Part shown: positions 8,385-15,916 of the stretch, piece after piece | Numbering within the stretch: position 1 is the first letter of the stretch | How the letters are laid out: each line of letters opens with the position of its first letter | Source: a virus | Taxonomy: Duplodnaviria; Caudoviricetes | Length of the DNA: 26,114 bases | Direction: 5' to 3' (one strand) | Virus record (IMG/VR): IMGVR_UViG_3300035680_000078 | Span: 1-26,114 of that record | The notes under the pieces: model-generated | Databases searched by the model: none | Told to the model about the DNA's origin: nothing | What the model saw: only the letters and a program-made list of their open reading frames with translations | Made by a program: the position numbers and the translations under genes

Positions 8385-11300
8385 TCAGTCACCATAAAAA
8401 TCGATCTTGGCCACCAAGGCCAGCACGGTGAGCGGAAGTGGCTGGTTTTGTCGCACCATGACCTGGAGGTTGCGGTCATGGTCGGACGCGGTGACCACCT
8501 CGGTGTCGCCCGTAAAGACCGGCGGCGAGGCGTCCATCGGGTCGGGGAAATCGCGGTTGTAAAGGTATTGCCACGTCTGGCCCTGGTCGGTGGACACTTC
8601 GCCCCCGAGGCTTTTTTGCAGGGCCAAGACCATGCGGTGGATGCGCTTGAAGCGTCCGCGGCTGGTGCCGTCCGCCATGTTGTTGATGTCAATGGTCATC
8701 GGCTGAAGGGTCGAGGTGAAGGGCAGGCCAGCCAGCACGGTGGTCCGCGCCTTGTCCAAGGTGATCTGGCCGCCGGACACGGCTTTGGGGGTTTCCACCG
8801 ATCCATTGGCCAGCACGTCCACGGTGCGCCCGTTGAGGTGCGAGAGGCCGGACATGGTGGCGTTCGCCGCTCCCGAATAGCGAACGGCGCAATCGAGGTA
8901 CCACCAGTTGGCCTTGTCCGCGGCCTCGAAGGTTTCCCGGCTCTGGGTGTAGAAGCGTTCGATGAAGCGTTTGGTCTGGCCGCCCACGGTGCGCTGGACC
9001 GAGAGCCAGACCTCGTCGGTGCCGTTGAGGCCGTAGATCGTGGCCACTGACTCAAATTGCCCGTCAGTTGTATGCCGGTGCCAGCCAACCACGTTCTGGT
9101 CGCGTTCGTAGGTCATGCCAATCAGCTGGCCATCGCCCTTGACCGCCCAGTAGATGGCGTCCGTCTGCTGCTGGTAGGACCGCTCGACAATTTCCCCGGA
9201 GGTGACGTGTTCGGCCAAGACGGTCAAATCCGGGGCCACCCATCCGTCCTTGTCGAGCACGTAGACCAGTTCGCGCACCTTGCGCCCTTGGCGCTGCACG
9301 AAAAGCAGCACGTCATTGATCGTGGCCGCGGGCAGATACTTCGATCCGTAGGAAGATTGCTTTTGGGCCGTGACATTGCTCGGGGTGATCCCCTCGTCGG
9401 TCGAGGCCCCGAGGGTCCATTCGTTGCCACTGGTGCCGATGAGCAGCTTGTCTTGGCTCTCCATCCACATGAGGCGGTTGGCTTCCTTGGCCGAAAGGGT
9501 GAGGAAAAGACCGCCGTCATTGTTGGTGGTCAGACGCAAATTCTGGAAATCGTCCACCACGCTGCCCCAAATCGAGAGAGGCCGGCGCTCGGTGCCGCCA
9601 TAAAAGATGCGCCCTTGGTGCAGGGTCACGGTGCGCGGGAATCCTTGGTGCGTGCTCCATGCGCCCTCGCTCCAGATCTTGGTCGCGGTGGTCTTGGCCA
9701 CGGGGTTGACCACGTTGACCGTGACTTGGGTCGCGCTGGTGAATCCGGTGACCTTGACAATGCCATAGACGCGGGAATCCGCGGCCTCGAGGCGGGCGAT
9801 GCGCGTGCCGAAATTGATGGGGGTCCAGTATTTCTGGTTGGCCGGGGTGAAGTCGATTGGCTCCCAGTATTCAAAATTGCTCGGGCGAAAATTTTGCAGT
9901 TCCCAGTATTCTGGGTTGTCTGGGGAGTAATCTTTGAGCGTGGCCTTGCCCATTTCGTGCAAAGCCAAAATGTCTCTTGCTCCATTGTTGTCACCAGGTG
10001 TGGTCAACAATTGCAAGGCGTTGTCCAAAATATGCTGGGTCGTTCCTACTGGCCCGTTTTGTCGGACGGAACGCAAATAGCCAGTCGCGGAGTTAAAATA
10101 AATTGCCCCAGCGTTGACAAAATATGATCCAGTAGGAAGGTCGGTCACGTAACCGACAAAGTCCGCCATTTCATAAATTTCTTGCCGGTTGTCCCGGTCC
10201 CAGGCATGACGCGCTCCAGCCGCGCCCGTCAACGTGTTTCGGACAGTATTTGTGACTGTCGTGTTGTGGGCTTGCACGCACTTATATGTTCTTCCGTTAT
10301 GCTTGACCAAGTTGCCAACGGAATAAACCTTGTTCCGCCAATCCCAATCGGTGGTGGTGTTGTTGTGCGCCTTGGTGCATTTGTAGGTCCGCGTGTTCCA
10401 CGTGACCAAGGCGTCGAGCGCATAGTTGCCGGAAAATTCACTCCAAGCCGGCGCATTGGAATTATGTCCCAGCACGCACTTGTAGACGTTGTTCTCGTAG
10501 GTCACCACGGTATCGAGCGCGTAGTTGGTGTTGGTCGCCCAGGCTGATCCGGTCACGTAATTGGAAATCGCCAGACGGAGCAGCACCTCGCGTTCGGTCT
10601 TTCCGTTCGACGTGATGTTTCGCTCGGCGGAGCCTTTGTAGGAGCGGATGACCTGCCAGGTGGCCCCGTTGTCCTCGCTCTGCTCGATGTTGATGATGGC
10701 GGACCAGACGCCCGAGGTGGAAAATTCCCAATCGCCAAAGACGTTGAGGCTGCTGCTGTTGCCGTTGGCATCGATGTCCTGCTCGGTGAAAACGGCCTCG
10801 AGCGCGTGGCCCAGCTGCCAGTAGCTGCCCACGTGGCCGGCGTTGAAGATTCCGGTGGACGCGGTCAGCGTGCGACCGTTGCCCGTAAGGTGACTGCATG
10901 CCAGCGTGGTGTCGGTCAGATTTTCATCAAGCAGCGCCGGCCAATCCCACGCCACCTCGGTCAAAGTCCAATTGGTGTCCGCCAAGCGGGAGAGCTTATG
11001 CGGGGCCACGTCCGGGTGGACGAGGTACATGATGTCGTTGATCTGGACAAACTGCACCTCGCGCAGCTGGCTCTCGAGGTAAGGGCTGGGCACTTCGACC
11101 GGATTGCCGCCGGAAAGGACCTGCACGCCATTGGACCAAAAGCGCAGGTATTGGTGCCCCATCTCGATGACAAAGCGCGTGGTGGTGGAAAAGTTGAACC
11201 CGATCAGCCGGCACCGGCGGTCGTTGAATTTGGGGTTGCCCAAGTATTCGGTTCCTGGGCGGCGGATGACCCCGCCGTAGGGCAGGATGATGAAATTCTC

Positions 11301-11405
11301 GAGGGTCGAGCAGCCGTTGCGGTATTTCTCCACGTCACTCCGCGCCCCCATGTAGGGGGACAATTCGCCGGCGTTGAACGAATTGATGAGGGCCGAGACG
11401 GGCAT
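8385..11405 (-). CDS. Tail tubular protein B / nozzle (gp12-like) with inserted carbohydrate-binding-like repeats
   Basis: 1006 aa. N-terminal SFNAGELSP..GARSD..KY.NGC..LENF...PYGG..RRPGT, plus GFPRTVTLHQGR and GWHRH motifs typical of podoviral nozzle proteins. Follows tubular A. Confidence 0.85.
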   Translation of the reverse strand: MPVSALINSFNAGELSPYMGARSDVEKYRNGCSTLENFIILPYGGVIRRPGTEYLGNPKFNDRRCRLIGFNFSTTTRFVIEMGHQYLRFWSNGVQVLSGGNPVEVPSPYLESQLREVQFVQINDIMYLVHPDVAPHKLSRLADTNWTLTEVAWDWPALLDENLTDTTLACSHLTGNGRTLTASTGIFNAGHVGSYWQLGHALEAVFTEQDIDANGNSSSLNVFGDWEFSTSGVWSAIINIEQSEDNGATWQVIRSYKGSAERNITSNGKTEREVLLRLAISNYVTGSAWATNTNYALDTVVTYENNVYKCVLGHNSNAPAWSEFSGNYALDALVTWNTRTYKCTKAHNNTTTDWDWRNKVYSVGNLVKHNGRTYKCVQAHNTTVTNTVRNTLTGAAGARHAWDRDNRQEIYEMADFVGYVTDLPTGSYFVNAGAIYFNSATGYLRSVRQNGPVGTTQHILDNALQLLTTPGDNNGARDILALHEMGKATLKDYSPDNPEYWELQNFRPSNFEYWEPIDFTPANQKYWTPINFGTRIARLEAADSRVYGIVKVTGFTSATQVTVNVVNPVAKTTATKIWSEGAWSTHQGFPRTVTLHQGRIFYGGTERRPLSIWGSVVDDFQNLRLTTNNDGGLFLTLSAKEANRLMWMESQDKLLIGTSGNEWTLGASTDEGITPSNVTAQKQSSYGSKYLPAATINDVLLFVQRQGRKVRELVYVLDKDGWVAPDLTVLAEHVTSGEIVERSYQQQTDAIYWAVKGDGQLIGMTYERDQNVVGWHRHTTDGQFESVATIYGLNGTDEVWLSVQRTVGGQTKRFIERFYTQSRETFEAADKANWWYLDCAVRYSGAANATMSGLSHLNGRTVDVLANGSVETPKAVSGGQITLDKARTTVLAGLPFTSTLQPMTIDINNMADGTSRGRFKRIHRMVLALQKSLGGEVSTDQGQTWQYLYNRDFPDPMDASPPVFTGDTEVVTASDHDRNLQVMVRQNQPLPLTVLALVAKIDFYGD

Positions 11406-11406
11406 T

Positions 11407-12006
11407 TTAGAATCCCCCGCTCACGCGGCTCTTGACCAGGTCGCTGTCCACCCAGGCCATGCGGCGTTTGTCGCGCTGCTGGAAAACATCGGAGAGGCGG
11501 GCCTTGGGTCCGGTCACCTTGTCATACTCCTGCATGAGCGCGGTGGGCTGGTCGAAGCGTCCGGTCAAGGGGGCGCATAGCTTGGCCGCCAGCTTGAGCG
11601 AGAGGGCCTCGCTAAACAGCGCGGGGTAGAAGGTGGTGTCGGTCACGCGGGCGATGTAGCGCACCTCGGCTTTCTCGGCATCGGTGAGCAGGCGGTTGCC
11701 CTCGATGTGCCAAGGGTCGCGCACCTTGCCCAGATCGTAGCCATTCAATTGCAAGAGGCGCAGGTTGTCGGTGGGCAGCTGGTAAGCGTAGGACCACTCA
11801 AAGTCCGGCGGCGTGGCCAGCTGGGCCAGCACGGCGCGTTTGCTGGCGAAGTTCCAAGGGTGGCTGGCCAGCACTTCGTCGCGGGTCGATTCGTAGAAGC
11901 GGTTGGCAAACTGGGCCTGCTTGGTCGAATCGGTCAAAGCCATGACCGGACTGATGCCGAGGCGACCCAGGGCATCATTGACAATATCGGTTTCAGAGGC
12001 GGCCAT
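11407..12006 (-). CDS. Tail tubular protein A / adaptor (gp11-like)
   Basis: 199 aa; DIVNDALGRLG, HPWNFA and YAYQLPTD.LR motifs; directly after the major capsid gene. Confidence 0.85.
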   Translation of the reverse strand: MAASETDIVNDALGRLGISPVMALTDSTKQAQFANRFYESTRDEVLASHPWNFASKRAVLAQLATPPDFEWSYAYQLPTDNLRLLQLNGYDLGKVRDPWHIEGNRLLTDAEKAEVRYIARVTDTTFYPALFSEALSLKLAAKLCAPLTGRFDQPTALMQEYDKVTGPKARLSDVFQQRDKRRMAWVDSDLVKSRVSGGF

Positions 12007-12043
12007 AAAAGAAAGGGGGGCAGACTATTGGAGCCGGTCTGCC
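12007..12043 (-). terminator. Probable intrinsic terminator after the major capsid gene
   Basis: Minus strand GGCAGAC-11 nt-GTCTGCC stem followed by CCCCTTTCTTTT; typical position that lowers tail gene expression relative to capsid. Confidence 0.55.
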
Positions 12044-12063
12044 AGCGGTTGTGAGTTACCTCA

Positions 12064-12972
12064 TTAGAGGATTTCGTCGCAGGCGATCTCGACCACCTTT
12101 TTCTCCTCCATGCGGGTTGCCCCGATGGAAGCGGTGGTGCGGATTTGCAGCGAGTGGCTGCGGTCCGGGCGGATGTCCACGTGGACACGGCGTCCGGCAT
12201 CGGTCATGCGGAGGCCGGACTTGACGTAGGCCACCACGTTGCGAACGCCGGTTCCGGCGGAATAGGCGAAGAACGCCTTGTTGACCACGCGGAAGCGGAA
12301 GCCCATGAAGGTGTCCAGCTGGCCGGCCACCAGAGCCTTCACCGTGTTGTAATCGGCGGAGGTCACTTCGGTGGTGCGGAGCAGGTCCTGCAGCTGCTTC
12401 GGACTGACCGCGATAATACGCGGATCGTCTTCGTCCACATCGGCGTCATCCAAGATAAACTTGGCTTGGCGCAGTTTGGCGATGGTCAGACCACTGGCCG
12501 CGGCAGCACCGCTCTCGACAAAGTCGGCAGCGATTTTCTGTCCGGCGGGAAGGACCGTGCTGGTCGTTCCGGTGGCTCCGGTTGAGGCCGTGCCAACCGC
12601 GGCGGCGAGGATGATCTCGTCGCACTTGCGGGCGAAGGCCATGGCGTGGTTGGTCACCAACTCGCTCTGCGGGAGCGAAACTTCGCCCAGCAGTTCGGCA
12701 TCCCACTCATCGAGGAGGTCAGCCTTCTCGTATTGCAGGGGGCGAAGCCAGCGTTGGGCCATCGCCGTGTCGGTGATGTTGGTGGTTTGAGCACGCGCAG
12801 TGATCTGCGTCATGTTGACGCTGGCCATCTGGTTGTACTTTTTCTCTTTCCCGCTAACGCGGTCGATGACCACGAATTCGCGGAGCTTGGAGAGTTTTTG
12901 CTGAACGAGGTGATTCCAGTTGGCGGAAAACTCGGTCGTGAAAAACTCGGGGATCTGGGTGATAGCAGACAT
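12064..12972 (-). CDS. Major capsid protein
   Basis: 302 aa; F...W.HLVQQK.SKLR, TSADYNTVKALV.G....FMGF.F and GATRMEEKKVV motifs of podoviral capsid proteins; strong AAGGAG RBS; between scaffold and tubular A. Confidence 0.85.
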   Translation of the reverse strand: MSAITQIPEFFTTEFSANWNHLVQQKLSKLREFVVIDRVSGKEKKYNQMASVNMTQITARAQTTNITDTAMAQRWLRPLQYEKADLLDEWDAELLGEVSLPQSELVTNHAMAFARKCDEIILAAAVGTASTGATGTTSTVLPAGQKIAADFVESGAAAASGLTIAKLRQAKFILDDADVDEDDPRIIAVSPKQLQDLLRTTEVTSADYNTVKALVAGQLDTFMGFRFRVVNKAFFAYSAGTGVRNVVAYVKSGLRMTDAGRRVHVDIRPDRSHSLQIRTTASIGATRMEEKKVVEIACDEIL

Positions 12973-12990
12973 AATGTTTCTCCTTTGGTT

Positions 12991-13003
12991 TTTCGACTAA
13001 CCC
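12991..13003 (-). promoter_or_regulatory. Dispersed motif copy 4, GGGTTAGTCGAAA
   Basis: 18 nt upstream of the capsid ATG. Confidence 0.75.
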
Positions 13004-13051
13004 CGCGTTGGCGGTGTCGGTCGGGTTTTTGGTTTTCTGTCCCTCGGCCTA

Positions 13052-13124
13052 CCGGATTGTCTGCACAGTGCAGGTCCCGGCCTGTTGGGTTTGCCGCGGG
13101 CAGGCTCACCAAGGAGTTGTCTGC
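13052..13124 (-). promoter_or_regulatory. Putative structured RNA leader of the capsid gene (two hairpins, each with an ACAA internal loop)
   Basis: Hairpins GCAG-ACAA-CTC..GAG-C-CTGC (13100-13124) and CCGGG-AC-CTGCA..TGCAG-ACAA-TCCGG (13052-13080) in the intergenic gap. Confidence 0.5.
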
Positions 13125-13136
13125 TCTCGTACTACC

Positions 13137-13149
13137 TTTCGACTAATCC
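13137..13149 (-). promoter_or_regulatory. Dispersed motif copy 5, GGATTAGTCGAAA
   Basis: Intergenic, 5' of the capsid leader; shares 18 bp (GCGCGGGATTAGTCGAAA) with copy 6. Confidence 0.75.
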
Positions 13150-13178
13150 CGCGCACCAACGCGGTCAAAAAGAAATTT

Positions 13179-13334
13179 CTATTTTGAGCCGAAAACGCAA
13201 ATGTAGAGGAAGCCTATATTCCCGAGGCTGTATCCGGCGAAGGCGATGGACATTCCGATCTGGCCCTGTTTGTAGAATGTCACCGAAGTGGCAATATAAC
13301 AGGCCGTGCAGATGAGGAGCGGGACGGTGGTCAT
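13179..13334 (-). CDS. Small membrane protein (two hydrophobic segments), 51 aa
   Basis: MTTVPLLICTACYIATSVTFYKQGQIGMSIAFAGYSLGNIGFLYICVFGSK; ATG overlaps the upstream TGA. Confidence 0.6.
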   Translation of the reverse strand: MTTVPLLICTACYIATSVTFYKQGQIGMSIAFAGYSLGNIGFLYICVFGSK

Positions 13335-13642
13335 GCCGGCTTGTGGTGGCCGATGGTGATCTGGCCCTGGCACTGCTTGCCGGTAAACTTGGCCACCGCG
13401 GAGCAGATGCGTTCCAGTTCGAGGATGGGTTCCTCGGCCACGTGAGGCAGAACCACGTGGGCAATCTCATGCACGATGATGCCGAGGCCATTGGCGGCCA
13501 CGGCGCGGGGATCGAGGTAGACCGTCCGGGTTGAGTAATCGGCCATGCCCTCCAAGCACTCGCGGGCCGGCGGGCGCATGATCTTCACGCGCCACCAAGA
13601 CCCATCGTATTTGAAGCGCATGGTGGGGACACGGGTGGCCAT
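13331..13642 (-). CDS. Small HExxH zinc-metallopeptidase-like protein
   Basis: EGMADYSTRTVYLD...IIVHEIAH, a minimal zincin pattern; start at MATRVPT, 4 nt after the previous stop. Confidence 0.65.
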   Translation of the reverse strand: MATRVPTMRFKYDGSWWRVKIMRPPARECLEGMADYSTRTVYLDPRAVAANGLGIIVHEIAHVVLPHVAEEPILELERICSAVAKFTGKQCQGQITIGHHKPA

Positions 13643-13646
13643 GGCA

Positions 13647-13898
13647 TCACTCCATTTTCTGGCGGTAGTGCGGGACGGAATAGACCCCGCGCTTGGGCGT
13701 GGGGATGTAGAAGTCTTGGCGTTCAATGCGTCCGGCTTTGACCGCCTTGTTCAGACTGATCCGCATGCCATCCACCGATTTGCCCAGGGCCTCGGCAATC
13801 TCGGGCACGGTGTGCCATCCGGCGGGCACATGGTCCGCGGGACGCTGCACAGTGATGGCCGCTTTCCACGCTGCCGCGTTGATCATTTCCGCGGTCAT
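13647..13898 (-). CDS. Small putative winged-HTH DNA-binding protein, 83 aa
   Basis: GWHTVPEIAEALGKSVDGMRISLNKAVKAGRIER fits an HTH plus wing pattern; ATG overlaps the phosphoesterase stop. The longer 280-aa track ORF is an upstream overlap. Confidence 0.6.
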   Translation of the reverse strand: MTAEMINAAAWKAAITVQRPADHVPAGWHTVPEIAEALGKSVDGMRISLNKAVKAGRIERQDFYIPTPKRGVYSVPHYRQKME

Positions 13899-14689
13899 AG
13901 GTGGGTGATCTCCGGTGGGGGCGGGTTGAAGGTGAAGTTGTGGACGTGAGGCAGGGTCCCCTCCTCCAAGCCACGCCAATCGAGCACGATGATGGAAGGA
14001 CGCGGGATGGCGTCCGGCACCACCTTTTTCCCGTGGCGGGTAAGGAATTGCCATCCTCCGGTCACGGCGAGCATGCCGGCCCCGTCCGTGTACCATCCGC
14101 CGCAATGGCGATGGGCGCGGAGGTAAACACTCGGCACGGGATGACCGGACCGGATGCAGTTGAGGCGGGCATTGCCCAAGTTGATGCTCATGGCGCTGGC
14201 CTCGAGGTAGGCTCGGCTGGTGGCCGGCATGTGGTGGGTCGCGTTGCAGAGCGTGCCGTTGATGGTGAAGAGCCAATGGTCGCGGGCCTCGCCGGCCCCG
14301 AGAAGGTTGGCCAGGTAGTCCTCGACGTTGTGGGTGTGGCACTCGGTGCCGCGGGTAATCAAGACCTTGGCAGCTTTCTCCGCGTAGCCTTTCAAGGCCG
14401 CGGCGGCCATCCGGCAATGGTCTTCGATCAAGGTGGCCACCACTTCCGGGGACCTGTGATGAATGCCCTCGGTCGCATCGCCATTGCACAAGAGCACGTA
14501 GGGATCATCGCCGGCCAAGTCGAAAACCCGCCGCATGCCCTCCTGCCATTTGTCCCACAGCCACTCTTGGTGGTAGTTGGAACCAAAGCCCACCGTGTTG
14601 CCGTAATGCGTTTCCACATCCGGCGCGAGCAGGCCCACTGTGCTGCCACAGTGCAGGTCGCTGACCACCACCAAGAGTTGGGGTTTCAT
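13895..14689 (-). CDS. Calcineurin-like metallophosphoesterase
   Basis: SDLHCG, NGDATEG, RGTECH, THH and AHRH metal-binding motifs in canonical order. Confidence 0.8.
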   Translation of the reverse strand: MKPQLLVVVSDLHCGSTVGLLAPDVETHYGNTVGFGSNYHQEWLWDKWQEGMRRVFDLAGDDPYVLLCNGDATEGIHHRSPEVVATLIEDHCRMAAAALKGYAEKAAKVLITRGTECHTHNVEDYLANLLGAGEARDHWLFTINGTLCNATHHMPATSRAYLEASAMSINLGNARLNCIRSGHPVPSVYLRAHRHCGGWYTDGAGMLAVTGGWQFLTRHGKKVVPDAIPRPSIIVLDWRGLEEGTLPHVHNFTFNPPPPEITHL

Positions 14690-15522
14690 CGTTGGGAGAG
14701 GTAGGAGCGGACTTGGCGGACCACGTCTTCGTCACCTTCCTGGTAACGGCGGTGGAGCGGGTTTTCCGGGTTGGCAATGATGTCCAGAGCGCGATCCTTG
14801 CCCACTTGCATGGGGCTGGCGTTGGCGCTGACCAGTTTGTCTTCCGCGATTTGCTCCGCGGCCCAGACGGCCAGCTTGACCATGGCCGGATCAGCAAAGC
14901 CTCGGGCGGTCGGATCGATGCCCGCGGTGATGGCGGCACGCTTGGCCAAGTCGAGCTTCTCGCCAAACTTGTCCCCGTATTCGCTTTGCAGCTGCTCTTT
15001 GCCGGCTTGCAGCTGTTGGATGACCATTTGCTCGCTGGCTTGCGCCATGGCCTGCACTTGGCTGATTTGCAAGGCAGCCAGTTCCTTCATGGCCGCGGGC
15101 GGGATGTTGTGCTTGTGCGCCAATTGCGCGGCCTGCTTGGCCATGGCCTCGTCAAACTGCACGCCCTCGGGCAGGGCTTCGGGCTTGAGGCTCTTCAAGT
15201 AATCGTCTGGGTTTTCCGGCACGCCCAGGGCCTTGCGGAATTCCGCGATTTCCTCGGGCTTGCTCTTCTCGTTGGGGACGAGCACCGATTGGCTCTTGCG
15301 GCCCAGGATCTCCTGCATGCCGCGGTAGCTCTTGGCCAGAGCCTGGTAATCGGCTTGGCCTTCGCGCCAAAAGTTGTCGGGGAGCCATTCCGGCTTTTCC
15401 GCGGGGGCCGCGGGAGCGGATGGCTCGGAAGACGGGCTGGCCTCGAGCAGGCTGGTGACGGGTGCAGTTTCGGACGCCGGCGTGATGGCGGCGTCCCCGG
15501 CGGGTGCTGTGGATGTGTCCAT
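14686..15522 (-). CDS. Capsid assembly scaffold protein
   Basis: 278 aa; disordered acidic N-terminus, KPEWLPDNFW, LAKSY, LGVPENPDDY and EYGDKF motifs; between portal and capsid. Confidence 0.75.
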   Translation of the reverse strand: MDTSTAPAGDAAITPASETAPVTSLLEASPSSEPSAPAAPAEKPEWLPDNFWREGQADYQALAKSYRGMQEILGRKSQSVLVPNEKSKPEEIAEFRKALGVPENPDDYLKSLKPEALPEGVQFDEAMAKQAAQLAHKHNIPPAAMKELAALQISQVQAMAQASEQMVIQQLQAGKEQLQSEYGDKFGEKLDLAKRAAITAGIDPTARGFADPAMVKLAVWAAEQIAEDKLVSANASPMQVGKDRALDIIANPENPLHRRYQEGDEDVVRQVRSYLSQR

Positions 15523-15534
15523 AGATTGGTTTGT

Positions 15535-15547
15535 TTTCGACTAATCC
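15535..15547 (-). promoter_or_regulatory. Dispersed motif copy 6, GGATTAGTCGAAA
   Basis: Between the tRNA 3' end and the scaffold ATG (12 nt upstream). Confidence 0.75.
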
Positions 15548-15552
15548 CGCGC

Positions 15553-15624
15553 TTGCAGGGGCCGGACTTGCACCGGCGATCTTTAGGTTATGAACCTAAC
15601 GAGATACTTCTTCTCCACCCTGCG
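15553..15624 (-). tRNA. tRNA-Met(CAT), initiator-like, atypical; CCA not encoded
   Basis: Cloverleaf: acceptor CGCAGGG/CCCTGCA (C1:A72 mismatch), D stem GAGA/TCTC, anticodon stem TTAGG/CCTAA with loop TTCATAA, T stem GCCGG/CCGGC with loop TGCAAGT, discriminator A. Confidence 0.8.
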
Positions 15625-15625
15625 A

Positions 15626-15916
15626 TTAGCGCACGATCTTGGTCTTCGGTTGGTCAAAGTCGGCATCCCCCACCATTGGCTCGGAGAGCTTGTGTTGGAT
15701 GAAAAGAAGCACCTCGCGTTGGCCATCGCGGAGGGCCGCGGCCAAGGGGTCATAGGAATTGTGCATGGAACGCTGGAAGGCGGGGCGGTCCACGCGGAAG
15801 TAGGAGCGGAGGTGCTCCAAAATGAGTTGCCCGTCCTCGCTCAAGAAGACGCGGTGGAAGGCGTTGGTGATTTGCTGGCCCTTCTTCTGGGCCTCGAGCG
15901 TGGCGTCACTGGTCAT
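15626..15916 (-). CDS. Conserved small protein downstream of portal (Bbp19-like)
   Basis: 96 aa; F.RVF.SEDGQ.IL..L and A.RDGQREV...I motifs usually seen after portals in this phage type. Confidence 0.7.
   Translation of the reverse strand: MTSDATLEAQKKGQQITNAFHRVFLSEDGQLILEHLRSYFRVDRPAFQRSMHNSYDPLAAALRDGQREVLLFIQHKLSEPMVGDADFDQPKTKIVR

Noticed and set aside
8385-11405. Diversity-generating retroelement target, given the BPP-1-like gene order
   Set aside because: No reverse transcriptase and no template/variable repeat pair seen in this window.
15553-15624. tRNA as a prophage attachment site
   Set aside because: It lies mid-operon with phage genes on both sides, with no duplicated 3' end or integrase in the window.
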